A stretch of DNA of 64,000 nt from an uncultured Armatimonadetes bacterium (GTDB lineage Bacteria; Armatimonadota; UBA5829; DTJY01). Of the stretch, positions 21,654 to 33,037 are shown in pieces. Where the stretch lies: assembly GCA_963717145.1 (NCBI GenBank), contig OY970325.1:64001-128000 (forward strand), given 5' to 3'. Under the pieces are notes generated by a model. It ran no database searches. It worked only from the letters and a program-made list of their open reading frames with translations, and was not told the DNA's origin. The position numbers and the translations under genes were made by a program. Position 1 is the stretch's first letter; the number at the start of each line of letters is the position of its first letter.

Positions 21654-22403
21654 ATGAGAACCTTGCTCTCCTGCCTGGCAGCGATTCCATTCCTGCTCAC
21701 ACCGTGCGCCCACGGCGCGGGTTGGCTCGACCGACTCGGCTTCGGCACCAAGACAACCAACCCACCTTCGGGGATCGCCGCCAGCGCGCTCTCCCAGGAC
21801 CAAATGGTTGGCGGACTCAAAGAAGCCCTGGGCAAGGGGGTCGAGCATGCGGTCGGCTCGCTCGGCAAGCCGGACGGCTTCCTCAAAGACACGAGCGTCA
21901 AGATTCCCCTGCCGGCCACACTGAAGAAGGTGGAAAGCTCCCTGCGGATGCTGGGTCAGAAACAACTGGCCGATGACTTCGTGACGACCCTGAATCGCGC
22001 GGCGGAACAGGCCGTGCCCGAAGCGGCGGGCGTGCTGGGCCAGTCCATCCAGCAGATGAGCCTGACTGACGCCAAAGCGATCCTGACCGGCACGAACAAC
22101 GCCGCCACCCAATACTTCCGGCGGACCAGCGAGACCAATCTCTACGAGCGGTTCCTCCCCATCGTGGCCAAGGCCACCGAACAAACCGGCGTGACCAGCG
22201 CCTACAAAAAGATGGTGGGCCAGGCCAGTTTCGCCGGCTCGCTCCTGGGTCAGGACGCGGGGAACCTCGACGCCTACGTGACGCACAAGACGCTCGACGG
22301 GTTGTTCGTGAAGATCGCCGACGAGGAGAAACGCATTCGGGAGAATCCGGTGGCCCGCACCACCGATTTGCTGCAAAAGGTGTTCGGCGCTGTTCAGAAA
22401 TGA
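21654..22403 (+). CDS. DUF4197 domain exported protein
   Basis: Signal peptide; GLKEAL..G, LNRAAEQA, EEKRIRENPVARTTDLLQKVFG. Confidence 0.9.
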   Translation: MRTLLSCLAAIPFLLTPCAHGAGWLDRLGFGTKTTNPPSGIAASALSQDQMVGGLKEALGKGVEHAVGSLGKPDGFLKDTSVKIPLPATLKKVESSLRMLGQKQLADDFVTTLNRAAEQAVPEAAGVLGQSIQQMSLTDAKAILTGTNNAATQYFRRTSETNLYERFLPIVAKATEQTGVTSAYKKMVGQASFAGSLLGQDAGNLDAYVTHKTLDGLFVKIADEEKRIRENPVARTTDLLQKVFGAVQK

Positions 22404-22571
22404 CGGGCGGGTGGCTCGGCCCGAGCTGCTGCGAGACGACCTCCGTTGGCGCGCGTGGGCGGGGCGACCCGCGCCCAGCCGCTCTGGCGGGTAAGTGACA
22501 GAGGGCCGAAGCGCCTCGCCCCCGCCAGCAATCCGCCCCGCGTTGTCGGCGAACACCGGCGCGAGGGCAAG

Positions 22572-22616
22572 GTAGGGTTTTACCCCATAGCCAGGGACGG
22601 GCCTGGGGCGGAGACT
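22572..22616 (+). promoter_or_regulatory. operator 7 (GTAGGGTTTTACCCCAT, 22572-22588) with -10-like GAGACT
   Basis: 7-3-7 variant; hexamer at 22611-22616, gap 22. Confidence 0.7.
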
Positions 22617-22631
22617 GAGTAGGACGAAGCT

Positions 22632-24924
22632 ATGGAAGCTCCATCCGACATTCGTAAGATCGCATTTCTCGGCGATTACCTGCCGCGCAAATGCGGCATC
22701 GCCACGTTCACGTCCGACCTGCTTTCCGCCGTGGCGGCCGCGCACCCCGAGACCGAGTGCTTTGCGGTGCCGGTCAACGACCTCCAGGGCGGCTACGAGT
22801 ATCCGGCGGAGGTTCGCTTCGAGATCGAGGAGCAGGACCTGGCCTCCTATCAGCGGGCGGCGGATTTCCTCAACATCAGCCAACGCCGACATCGTCTGCG
22901 TGCAGCACGAGTTCGGGATTTACGGCGGGCCTGGCCGGCAGCCATCGTGCTGGCGCTGCTGCGCGAGTTGCGCATGCCGATCGTCACCACGCTGCACACG
23001 GTCCTGCGCGAGCCCAACGCCGACCAGCGGCGCGTGATGCAGGAATTGATCGCGCGCTCGACGCGGCTGGTGGTCATGGCGGAGCGCGGCCGCCAGATGC
23101 TGCAGGAGATTTACCAGGCGCCGCCGGCCAAGATCGATCGTCATCCCGCACGGCATTCCCGACATGCCGTTCGTCGATCCGAATTTCTACAAGGACCAGT
23201 TCGGCGTGGAAGGCCGGCTGGTGCTGCTCACCTTCGGCCTGCTCTCGCCCAACAAGGGCATCGAGCACGTGCTCAAGGCGCTGCCGGAGATCCTGGCCGA
23301 GTTCCCCAACGTCGTTTACATCGTGCTGGGCGCCACTCATCCCAACCTGGTGCGCGAGCACGGCGAGGCCTACCGCCTCAGCCTGGAGCGGCTGGCCAAG
23401 AAGAACAAGGTCCAGAAGCACGTCATCTTCTACAACCGCTTCGTCGAGCTCGAAGAGCTCAAGGAGTTCATCGGCGCGGCGGACCTTTACCTCACGCCCT
23501 ATCTGAACGAGGCGCAGATCACCTCGGGCACGCTGGCCTACGCCTTCGGCGCGGGCAAGGCGGTGATCTCGACGCCCTACTGGCACGCGGCGGAGTTGCT
23601 CGCGGAGGACCGCGGCGTGCTGGTGCCGTTCGGCGACTCCAAGGCGATCGCGCGGGAAGTCATCGGCCTGCTGCGCGACGAGACGCGCCGCCACGCCATG
23701 CGCAAGAACGCCTACAAGCTGGGCCGCGAGATGGTCTGGAGCAACGTGGCGCGGCTCTACATGCGCTCGTTCGAGCGCGCGCGCCGCGAGCGGGCGGTGC
23801 TTGTCGCGAAAGTCGTTTGCCGACGAAAACCCTGGACCAGCAGCCGCGCGCGCTGCCCGAGCTGAAGCTGGACCATCTGTCGCGGATGACCGACTCGACC
23901 GGCCTGTTCCAGCACGCCCTGTTCACCGTCCCGAATTTTTCCGAAGGCTACTGCACCGACGACAACGCCCGCGCCTTCATTCTCGCCGTGCTGCTGGACG
24001 AGATGGAGGAGGAACCGGAGAAGCGTGCGGACGCTGGCGACGACTTACGCGGCGTTCCTGCATCACGCGTTCGATCCCAAGACCCGAAGCGGTTCCACAA
24101 CCACCTGAGCTTCGACCGGCGCTGGCTCGATGAACAGGGCTCGGAGGATTCCCACGGCCGGGCGCTCTGGGCGTTGGGCGTGGGCGTGGGCCGCTCGCCC
24201 TACCGCAGTTTTCAGGTCATGTCCGGACAGGTCTTCGCCCAGGCGCTGCCGGCGGCGACCGACTTCACCTCGCCGCGCGCCTGGGCCTTCACCCTGCTGG
24301 GCATTCATGAGTACTTGCAGCGCCTGAGCGGAGATCGCCTCGCCCAGCAGATGCGCGAAATCGCTCACCGACGCGGCTCATGGAGCTGTTCGACCGGACG
24401 ACGCAGCCGGACTGGCCCTGGTTCGAAGACGTGCTGTCCTACGACAACGCCAAGCTCGCCCACGCCTTGATCCTGAGCGGGCGCGCGACGGGGCAGACGC
24501 CGGTGCTTTGAGCGCGGATTGCAGGCGCTGCGCTGGCTGGCCAAGGTGCAAACCGCCGAGAGCGGCGACTTCCGGCCCATCGGCAGCAACGGGTTCTTAC
24601 CCGCGCGGCGGCCCCCGCGCGAACTTCGATCAGCAGCCGATCGAGGCCCACTCGATGGTGTCCGCCTGCCTGGAGGCCTACCGCGCCACCTCGGATGCCT
24701 GGTGGTACGAGCAGGCCCAGCGCGCCTTCGACTGGTTTCTCGGCTGGAACGATCTCGGGCTGGAGCTGTATTCGCCCAGCACCGGCGGCTGCCGCGACGC
24801 CTTGCACGTGGATCGGGTCAACCAGAACCAGGGGGCCGAATCGACGCTCGCCTTCCTGCTCTCGCTGGCCGAAATGCAGCTCATGCAAAACGCCGTCACC
24901 GCCTTCAACCCGCCCGCTTCGTAA
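22632..24924 (+). CDS. GT4 glycosyltransferase fused to a C-terminal alpha/alpha-toroid-like domain, multiple frameshifts
   Basis: PRKCGIATF, TFGLLSPNKGIE, SGTLAYA, YCTDDNARA, FDQQPIEA, NQNQGAEST. Confidence 0.88.
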
Positions 24925-24936
24925 GCCCTCCCAGCC

Positions 24937-26399
24937 ATGAAGACCGCCACCGTCCAGCGCACCCAGGTCATCCTGCATCCCGACCGCTCGCGCGTGCTGC
25001 TCCGGCCGTTTCTGCTCCCGAACGACCCGCGCGCCGCCAGAATCTGCGCCCAGGTCATGGCCCTTCCCGGAAGCCGAGGTCCACACGCTCTGGCAACAGG
25101 TGCAAGACGGAATTCGGCGAGCGCCACGCGAAGACCCGCGAGTTTCTCCAAGCCGACGATTCGAGCAGGTCCGCCCCTGCCTGCGCACCGACGAGAACCT
25201 CTCCGAAGAACGGCAGCTGCTTGCTCGGCGCGTATTTCACCCACGAGTATTCGCTGGAAGCCGCGGCGCTGTTCAATCCCTCGATCGTGCCGCACCCGGA
25301 CCAGTCGGACCTGCCGCCCGGCTCGCTGCGTTTCATCCTGAGCCTGCGGGCCACGGGCGAAGGGCACATCTCCTCGATCACTTTCCGCACCGGGTCTGCT
25401 GGATGCCCGCGGCAACATCACGATCAACGCGCCCACGCGCTACTGCCTCGAACCCGAGCAGGTGCCCAACGCCTCCTACGAGAAGAGCCTGTTCGAGCGC
25501 AAGCTTCAGGAACTTGGGCTGGTCGGGCGACTTCAGCCGGCAGGTGCTCCAGGACCTGGGAAGCTCCTTCACGCTGGACGAACTGCGCGCCAGCCTCAGT
25601 CGCGCGGCGGAACAGTTCCGCGCCCGCGACCAGGCAAACCGGCGCGGTGGCCCGGAAAATCCTGACGCTGGCCCAGTCCAATTACGAAGTGCAGTTCGCG
25701 CCCGACTCGCGCTTGTCCGAGCGCGTGCTCTTTCCGGTCACGCCCTCGCAGAGCAACGGCATCGAGGACGCCCGCTTTGTTCGCTTCCAGCACGACGACG
25801 GCACGCAGACCTATTACGCCACCTACACCGCCTACGACGGCAAGATGATCCTGCCGCAGTTCATCGAGACGCCGGACTTTCTGCATTTCAAGTTCATCAC
25901 GCTGAACGGGCCGGCGGTGCAGAACAAAGGCATGGCGCTCTTCCCGCGCAAGATCAACGGCCACTACGCGATGCTCAGCCGGCAGGACAACGAGAACATC
26001 TACATGATGTTCTCCGACCATCTGCACTTCTGGCACACCACGCAACTGCTCCTGAAGCCGACGTTTCCCTGGGAGTTCATCCAGTTGGGCAACTGCGGTT
26101 CGCCGATCGAGACCGAAGCCGGCTGGCTCGTGCTCAGCCACGGCGTCGGGCCGATGCGCAAGTATTGCATCGGCGCCTTCCTGCTCGACCGGGACGATCC
26201 GACCAAGGTCATCGGCCGCCTGCGCGAGCCGCTGATCAAGCCCAATGAAAATGAGCGCGAGGGTTACGTGCCCAATGTGGTCTACTCCTGCGGCAGCCTC
26301 CTGCACGGCCGGCAGCTCATCATCCCCTACGCCATGTCCGACTACGCCACCACCTTCGCCACGCTGTCGCTCGACGAGGTGCTGGCCGCGATGGAATAG
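24937..26399 (+). CDS. glycoside hydrolase family 130 protein, frameshifted
   Basis: ALFNPSIV, NGIEDARFV, NKGMALFPRKI, GNCGSP, REGYVPNVVYSCG. Confidence 0.9.
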
Positions 26400-26459
26400 A
26401 ACGACGGAGAACAGAAACAGCCAGCCAACCCTGGCCACGGTCACCAAGAATGTGCTGAT

Positions 26460-28154
26460 ATGAAAGCACTGCTGCTCTACCCGGAATTCTCCGGCCTGGG
26501 ATTCTGGAACTACAAGTCCGTCTGCCAACTGATGGGAGCCAAGTACCCCGCCTCGCCCCTGGGCCTCCTGACCATGGCCGCGCTCCTGCCCGCGGAGTGG
26601 GAGCTGCGCCTGCTCGACCTGAACACCGCGACCCTGGACGACGCCGACATCGACTGGGCCGATTTGGTGTTCATCGGAGGCATGCTGCCCCAGCAACCGC
26701 GATTCCTGCGGCTCATCGAGCGGGTTCACGCCCGGGGCAAGAAGGTGGTGGCGGGCGGGCCTGACCCAACCTCGCAGCCGGAGATTTACCGTTCGGCCGA
26801 TTACCTCGTCCTGGGCGAGGCGGAAAGCTCTCTGCCGCCATTCCTCGCCGACCTCGCGCGAGGCGCCCCGGGCGGCACCTATGAGTCCGCCGAAAAGCCG
26901 GATTTGGCCAAGACCCCCGTTCCCCGTTTCGATCTCCTGGAGCTCAAGAACTACCTCATGATCGGGGTTCAGTTCTCGCGGGGCTGCCCTTTCAACTGCG
27001 AGTTCTGCGACATCATCGAGCTCTACGGCCGAACGCCGCGGACGAAGACTCCCCAGCAGATCGTCGCCGAACTCGACGCCCTCTACCGGCTGGGGCACCG
27101 GGGCCACGTGGACTTCGTGGACGACAATTTCATCGGCCACAAGGCCAAGGCGAAGGAGATCCTCAGGGCGGTGAAGGACTGGTCCGAGGATCACGGGCAT
27201 CCCTTCTTCTTCTCCACGGAAGCCTCCATCAATCTCGCCGACGATGAAGAGCTGCTGGGCCTGATGCGGGACCTGGATTTCCGATACGTCTTCGTGGGCA
27301 TCGAATCGGCCGACAGCGAGGTGCTGCGGTCGATGCACAAGCAGCCGAATCTCACGCGGAACGTCGTCGAGGATCTGCACCGGATCTACCGCTACGGAAT
27401 GGTCGTGAACGGCGGTTTCATCCTGGGGTTCGATGGCGAGACGAGCGAGTCCGCCAGGAAGATGGTCGAAGTCATCGAACAGCGGCAAAATCGTCATGCC
27501 CATGATCGGCTTGCTGTTCGCCCTGCCCAACACCCAGTTGACCCGGAGGCTGAGGGAAGAGCACCGGCTGCTGGAAGACACGGGCCGGCTGAGCGAGGCC
27601 CGCGAGTCCACCGAGGTGGACCAGACGACGAGCGGCCTCAACTTCATCCCCCAGAGACCGGAGGCGGAGATTCTGGGGGATTTCCTCCACGTGCTGCAAG
27701 GCGGCCTATTCGACGAGGAACTACTTCGACCGGTGCTTGAGCCTGAGCCAGGCCCTCAGCATCCGCTATCGCTTCAAGCCTTCGTGGAGGCGAAAGGTCC
27801 GCTACGGCACGGCCTTTCTCAAGATCGTGGTCAAGCTGGGCCTGCCGTCCTTCCACCGCGTATTACTACTGGAGAAACCTCCTGGCGGTCCTGTTCACCC
27901 GGCCATCCGCCCTGGAGACCGTGGTCAACCTCATGGCGATGTACCTGCATTTCGGCCGGCAGACAGAGTTCGTCTCCGGCGTCATGGCCCGGAACATCCA
28001 GGTGCTGCACGCCGGCGCCGCGGGTGAGGCCCACATGCCAGGGGTCCAAGGCGGTGCGGACGGCGATCGAACGCAAAAACGGAAGCCAAAGACCGCCAGC
28101 CATCCTTGGCAGGAGCCATCCGTAGCCTTGACCGATCCAGGGACCTCCGCTTAG
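26460..28154 (+). CDS. B12-binding radical SAM protein (HpnP-like, DUF4070), frameshifted
   Basis: [48 protein letters not shown]. Confidence 0.9.
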
Positions 28155-28165
28155 CGTGGCTGCCA

Positions 28166-30344
28166 TGCCGCCCAGGTTAAGAGTGGAACACACGTGGATC
28201 ACCAACCTCATATTCTCTGCCGTCCTGGTCTTCACGCCTGGCGCGGCCTGGTTGAGCCTCGCCGCCCCGGGTCCCGGTGCGACGGAACCAAAGCAGGGAG
28301 CGACCGTTGTCAACTACGGCCGACCGTTCGAGCCGCTCACACGTCCGGCCCTCCTGGCGTTGCCGGCGGGCGCGATCGAGCCGCAGGGCTGGCTGCGGGA
28401 CTGGTGCCTGGATGGCCCGGGACGGATACACCGGGCACATGGATGAGTTTCATCCGGACTTCCGCAAAGCCTGGGCGGCCGATTACCGGATGACCGGGGA
28501 CCCGCTCTCCTACTGGGACAAGGGAGCGTGGCCTTACGAGGGCGGCGGATACTGGTTCGAGGGCCTGGTCAGGCTGGGCTATGCCCTGCATGATGATTTC
28601 CTGATCAACCAGGCAAGAGCCCGCCTGGGTGTGGTGGTCACCAACATGAACGAAAAGAGCATCGTGTTCATGTGGTGGCTCGACCGGAACAACCCCGATC
28701 ACGTGCAAGCGGCGGCCAAAGCCGCCGGGGGCGAGGCGCAGGAGTGGCCCCTCTGGGCCAATGGATTGCTGGGACGGGCGCTGGCCGCCTATTACGCGGC
28801 TTCCGGCGACCAGCGGATTCTGCGGGCCATGGAAATGGCCTACAGCGGGGACCCCAGCCTGGTGGGCAAAGGGTGGTCGATGTCGAATCCCTGGGCGGCG
28901 TTTGAAGCCTATACCTGGACCGGCAACCCCAAAATCAAGGCCGCGCTGACGGAGCTGTTTGGGAACAACCCGATTGCGGGGCCCAACAGGAGTATTGACC
29001 TCTATCATTCCTGGTACAACCGGATGCCGGATGAGACCATTCCCTGGTATCTGCAAGGCGATCATGGGGTGCACTTCAACGAGAGCGTCGCTCCGTGGGC
29101 CCTGGGTTATCTGTGGACGGGCAACCGCGCTTTTCTCCAAGGCAGCTTCCCGGTGGTATGAGATGGCGGAACGGGGTGACGATGGCATGCAACCCCACGG
29201 CGTGCCGGTCAGCGACGAGCACAACGGAGCGACCGGATCTTTGCGGGGCACCGAGACCTGCAATGTAGCCGGCTTTATGGCGGCTCAAATCGCGTTGATG
29301 CGGGTCGGTGGCAACGGGCGCCTGGCGGACCGGGTGGAAAGGGCGTTCTTTAATGCCGCGCCGGCGGTGGTGTCACGCGATTTCAAGGCGCACGTCTATC
29401 TGCAATCGCCCAACCGCATCAGCCGGAAGCTGCCCGGGGCCGGGCAGTTTTCCTACCGGGAGACGCACGGGCCGCTGTGCTGCACCGCCAGCCTGAACCG
29501 CATGCTGCCTTATTACGTGGGCCACATGTGGATGGCCACTTACGATAACGGATTGGCCGCCCTGCATTACGGGCCCTGCAAAGTCTCTGCCTGGGTCGCC
29601 GATCGGGTGCCGGCGACACTGACCTGCCAGACCGATTATCCCTTCAACGATTCCATCGATATCGCCGTGACCCCGGCCCGCCCGGCGGTGTTCCCGCTCT
29701 CCATCCGCATTCCCGGCTGGTGCGCAGCTCCTGAACTCAGGGTGAATGGGTCTCCCCGCAAAGTGGGGCCCGATGCCAACGGGTTCGTGCGTCTCGAACG
29801 GCTGTGGAAACCGGGCGACAACATCCACCTGCGTTTTCCCATGACCCCTCGCGTCAAGGTGGGCCACGACAACGACGCCCAGGACACGCCTTACGCCACG
29901 GTTTCCTACGGACCGCTCCTGTTTGCCTTGGGGATTCCGGACACGACGGACGCAAACACTCCAGACCCAGCCGTGTCCTGGAATTATGCGCTGGACGCGC
30001 CCGATGGCAAGACGCCAGCCAACCTGGCCATCGAGCGTCGGCCAATGCCAGCCCATTGGGACTGGCCGTTCGACTCGCCGCTCAAACTCAAGGCCCTGGC
30101 CCGTCGCTTCGACTGGAAACCTGAAACACGTGAGTCGCTTCCCATCGGCCGATCGATTTCGCAAGGAACGGCCTCAACCTTTCAATTCGCCAAGGTGAGG
30201 ACCCTGTTGCCGGCGGAACCGGTCGCCGGCGGCGGCGCTCCCGAGATGATTACTTTGATCCCCTACGGCTGCGCCAAGTTCCGCATTTCGATGTTCCCGA
30301 TCACGGAACGCGCCGGCCAAGCGTTCGCGTTGGAGAAACCGTAA
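28166..30344 (+). CDS. GH127/GH146-like (beta-L-arabinofuranosidase domain) secreted glycosidase, frameshifted
   Basis: GAIEPQGWL, WPYEGGGYW, HGVH, ETC, CCTAS, TDYPF, RIPGW, LIPYGCAKFRIS. Confidence 0.85.
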
Positions 30345-30350
30345 CGCTGG

Positions 30351-30533
30351 TTGAACTCCGATGCCATTATCATGGGCGGGGGCGCCGCCGGCCTCTTCTG
30401 CGCTCGTGTGGCCGGCTTGCGCGGGCGGCGCGTTCTCGTGCTCGAACATCCGGCGCGGCTCAGAAACAAGATTCTCAGTTCCAGCGGCGGACGCTGCAAT
30501 TTCACCCCCCTCGGCGCCCCGGCCGCAAACTAG
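30351..30533 (+). pseudogene. truncated HI0933-family flavoprotein fragment
   Basis: IIMGGGAAGLFCA...KILSSSGGRCNFT then stop at 60 aa; full-length members are about 400 aa. Confidence 0.7.
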
Positions 30534-30614
30534 GTCACCAGCGGCCATGCCGCGGGACCGCCAGTTTGGCCCGCGGGTCGGTCGGCGGGCAAGCAGGGGA
30601 GCCGCTCCCTGCCT

Positions 30615-31829
30615 TCACCCAAACCTCAAATAAATGGCCTTCAAATACTGGGCTTCAGGGAACGTCGCCGGGTGATCGGGGGGGTGGCCGGTCGTTTGCC
30701 ATTCGGTGAATGGTCGCGCGGTTTCGCGGGCGGCCTGACGCACCGCGCCGAAGAATTCCTCGCTCGAAACATGCGCGGAACATGACGCCGCCACCAGCAC
30801 GCCACCCGGGGCGAGCCAGCGGAGTGCGTCCGAGTTGAGTCGCTGGTAGGCGCCGAGGGCGCGGGCGCGCTCGGCTTCGCGTCTGGCCAGAGAGGGAGGA
30901 TCGAGCACGATCAGGTCGAACTGCCGCACCGGTTTTGCCGCCAGCCATTCCAGGGCGTTTGCCCGGACGCAATCATGGCGGCAGGCGGCCACGCCGGAAG
31001 CGGCTTGATTTAAAGCGAAATTGCGCCGGGCTCCCGCGAGCGCGTGCTCGCTGAGATCGAGATCGGTGACTGATTGCGCCCCGCCGCGTGCGGCGTATAG
31101 CGAAAACCCGCCGGAAAAACTGAAGGCGTTCAGCACGCGCCGGTTGCGCGCCAGCGACTCGACCCGCCGGCGGTTCTCGCGCTGATCGAGGAAAAAGCCG
31201 GTTTTCTGTCCCTGCAGCACGTCGGCTTCGAAGCGCAGGCCGGATTCGAGAAACGTCACCGGGCCGTCAGGCGTTTCCCCGAGCAGAAGCTGGCCGTCTT
31301 CGCGCTGACCCTGTTCTTTGGCGAGGGATTGAATGTTCCGGCTGAGCCGGAGAACGAGCCGCTGCGGATGCAGTGCGGCCCGAATCCAGTCTGCGACTTC
31401 ATCCAGGCGCGGCAACCATGCGGCGGTGTAAAGCTTCAGCACGAGGGTCCGATCGTAACGATCCAGGACGAGACCGGGCCACCCGTCGCTCTCGCCGTTG
31501 ATGCAGCGGCCGCCATTGGTTTGCGCGTCGAACAGTCCCTGCCGGCGCGCCAGCGCTTGCTGCAGCCGCCCCTGCCACCAGGTGGCGTCAATCGTGGCCG
31601 GTTTGCCCGTGTGCAGCACCCGGACGCGGATGGGTGACTCGGGGTCAAACAGACCGATGCCCAAGAATTTGTCGTTACGATCGAAAATGACCGCCAATTC
31701 GCCGAGTCGCCCGGCACGGTTTGCCTCGCGGATGCTGTCGCCATACAGCCACGGATGACCGGACCGGAGGATGGTTTCGGCGGTCGCGGTGACGCGCAGT
31801 CGCAATCGTGGCCTGGGCACAGGGTCCAT
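30615..31829 (-). CDS. RlmI-family class I SAM-dependent rRNA methyltransferase
   Basis: GHPW PUA domain, [41 protein letters not shown]. Confidence 0.9.
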   Translation of the reverse strand: MDPVPRPRLRLRVTATAETILRSGHPWLYGDSIREANRAGRLGELAVIFDRNDKFLGIGLFDPESPIRVRVLHTGKPATIDATWWQGRLQQALARRQGLFDAQTNGGRCINGESDGWPGLVLDRYDRTLVLKLYTAAWLPRLDEVADWIRAALHPQRLVLRLSRNIQSLAKEQGQREDGQLLLGETPDGPVTFLESGLRFEADVLQGQKTGFFLDQRENRRRVESLARNRRVLNAFSFSGGFSLYAARGGAQSVTDLDLSEHALAGARRNFALNQAASGVAACRHDCVRANALEWLAAKPVRQFDLIVLDPPSLARREAERARALGAYQRLNSDALRWLAPGGVLVAASCSAHVSSEEFFGAVRQAARETARPFTEWQTTGHPPDHPATFPEAQYLKAIYLRFG

Positions 31830-32022
31830 CTTGCGCCCAGCTTGCGCCAAGTCCCACGGGAGTTCAAACTTACTTGTCCTCCACCTGATTCCTAGAGGTG
31901 ACAGGTTTCGGGATTCGTTATCCTTCATCGGTCAGTGATCAGTAAACGATGTTTGCGCGAATAGGCGGAGCGGCCGCGGCGCGCCCGGGGCTGAAAGCCC
32001 ATCCCCACAGGCCGGACCAGAG

Positions 32023-32067
32023 GTAGGGTTACACCCCATGGCGCAGGGCCGGCCCACGGCTTAGTGG
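32023..32067 (+). promoter_or_regulatory. operator 8 (GTAGGGTTACACCCCAT, 32023-32039) with weak -10 TAGTGG
   Basis: 7-3-7 variant; hexamer at 32062-32067, gap 22. Confidence 0.65.
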
Positions 32068-32098
32068 TGTCCTCGGCGATAAAACGAAAGACAGTCAT

Positions 32099-32302
32099 GT
32101 GAACTACCGGAACCTTCTGAAACACAGGCAACTCACCATCACCTGCCTCGCCGTCACGGCTTTTGTGATGGGCTGCAAATCCTCGGCGGAATCAGACCGC
32201 AAAGCCACGGCCGGGCAGTTCGACAAGGTCGAAAAGGGGACCAAGCGGGAGCCGGACGAGGTAGGGTTAGACCCCATAGCACGCTGCCAGCCGATGGCAT
32301 AA
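32099..32302 (+). pseudogene. short or truncated lipoprotein
   Basis: Lipobox VMGC; the ORF runs into operator 9 and stops. Confidence 0.5.
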
Positions 32303-32305
32303 TGT
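32261..32305 (+). promoter_or_regulatory. operator 9 (GTAGGGTTAGACCCCAT, 32261-32277) with -10 TAATGT
   Basis: 7-3-7 variant; hexamer at 32300-32305, gap 22. Confidence 0.75.
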
Positions 32306-32396
32306 CCTTTCGCAATTGCGGTAAAAGCAGACTGAGAAACAAAGAAAACTGAGAAACATAAAGACACGTCTAAACATCGAACAAAAGAACAAATCC

Positions 32397-33017
32397 ATGA
32401 TGAAAAGAACCCTCATATCACTCAAAACCATAACCAGCCTCCTGGCGATCACGGGCTTTGCCCTGAGCCTGCAGGCAGTTCCGATACCAATCTCCGGCGC
32501 CCTCTCCTTCTCCGGCACCTCGACGATCGACGGGGCGAGTTTTGTCACCGCCACGAGATTCTTGGGTTTCGAGAATGTGTTCGTCGGCGCACCCTCGGCG
32601 TTGAGCGGGGATTACGCGGGCACGAGCGGGGCGGCAGTCACCGTCACGCCTTTCATCTGGGATCCGCCGGCGGCGAGCACTCCGGTCCAGCCACTGTGGA
32701 CGTTCGTTTTCGGCGGGGATACCTATTCGTTTGATCTGAGTGTTCTGCACCAGGACTTCGCTTCGCCTACCAGTCTCCTCCTGTCTGGGTTGGGCACGGC
32801 GCACATCACCGGCCCGGGAGCGGACAAACTGGACACCACCGGGTTCTGGAACTTTTCTGCGCAGACGCTGGGGTTGTCGACGTTCACCTTTTCGTCCACG
32901 ACCGGGGTTCCCGCTCAGGGAGTTCCCGACGGCGGGGCCACCGCGGCCATGCTGGGCGCGTCTTTTCTCGGCCTGGGATTGATCGGCCGCAAGAGCATCC
33001 GCTCGAAAGGCTCCTGA
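32397..33017 (+). CDS. VPDSG-CTERM sorting-domain surface protein
   Basis: Signal peptide; C-terminal VPDGGATAAMLG followed by TM helix and basic tail. Confidence 0.9.
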   Translation: MMKRTLISLKTITSLLAITGFALSLQAVPIPISGALSFSGTSTIDGASFVTATRFLGFENVFVGAPSALSGDYAGTSGAAVTVTPFIWDPPAASTPVQPLWTFVFGGDTYSFDLSVLHQDFASPTSLLLSGLGTAHITGPGADKLDTTGFWNFSAQTLGLSTFTFSSTTGVPAQGVPDGGATAAMLGASFLGLGLIGRKSIRSKGS

Positions 33018-33018
33018 A

Positions 33019-33037
33019 GTCCCTTCAAAGAAGGGAC
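33019..33037 (+). terminator. hairpin after the VPDSG-CTERM gene
   Basis: GTCCCTTC-AAA-GAAGGGAC; weak U-tract. Confidence 0.5.

Noticed and set aside
21039-22892. 617-aa minus-strand ORF
   Set aside because: Antisense to DUF4197 and its neighbours; no motifs.
25596-27647. 683-aa minus-strand ORF
   Set aside because: Antisense shadow of the GH130 and radical SAM genes.
3838-32277. Repeated ATGGGGT..ACCCCAT as CRISPR repeats, integron attC sites or sigma32 -10 boxes (CCCCAT)
   Set aside because: Copies are kb apart, only 17-18 bp, with no cas or integrase gene and no TTGAAA -35. The fixed distance to a downstream -10 fits an activator site better.
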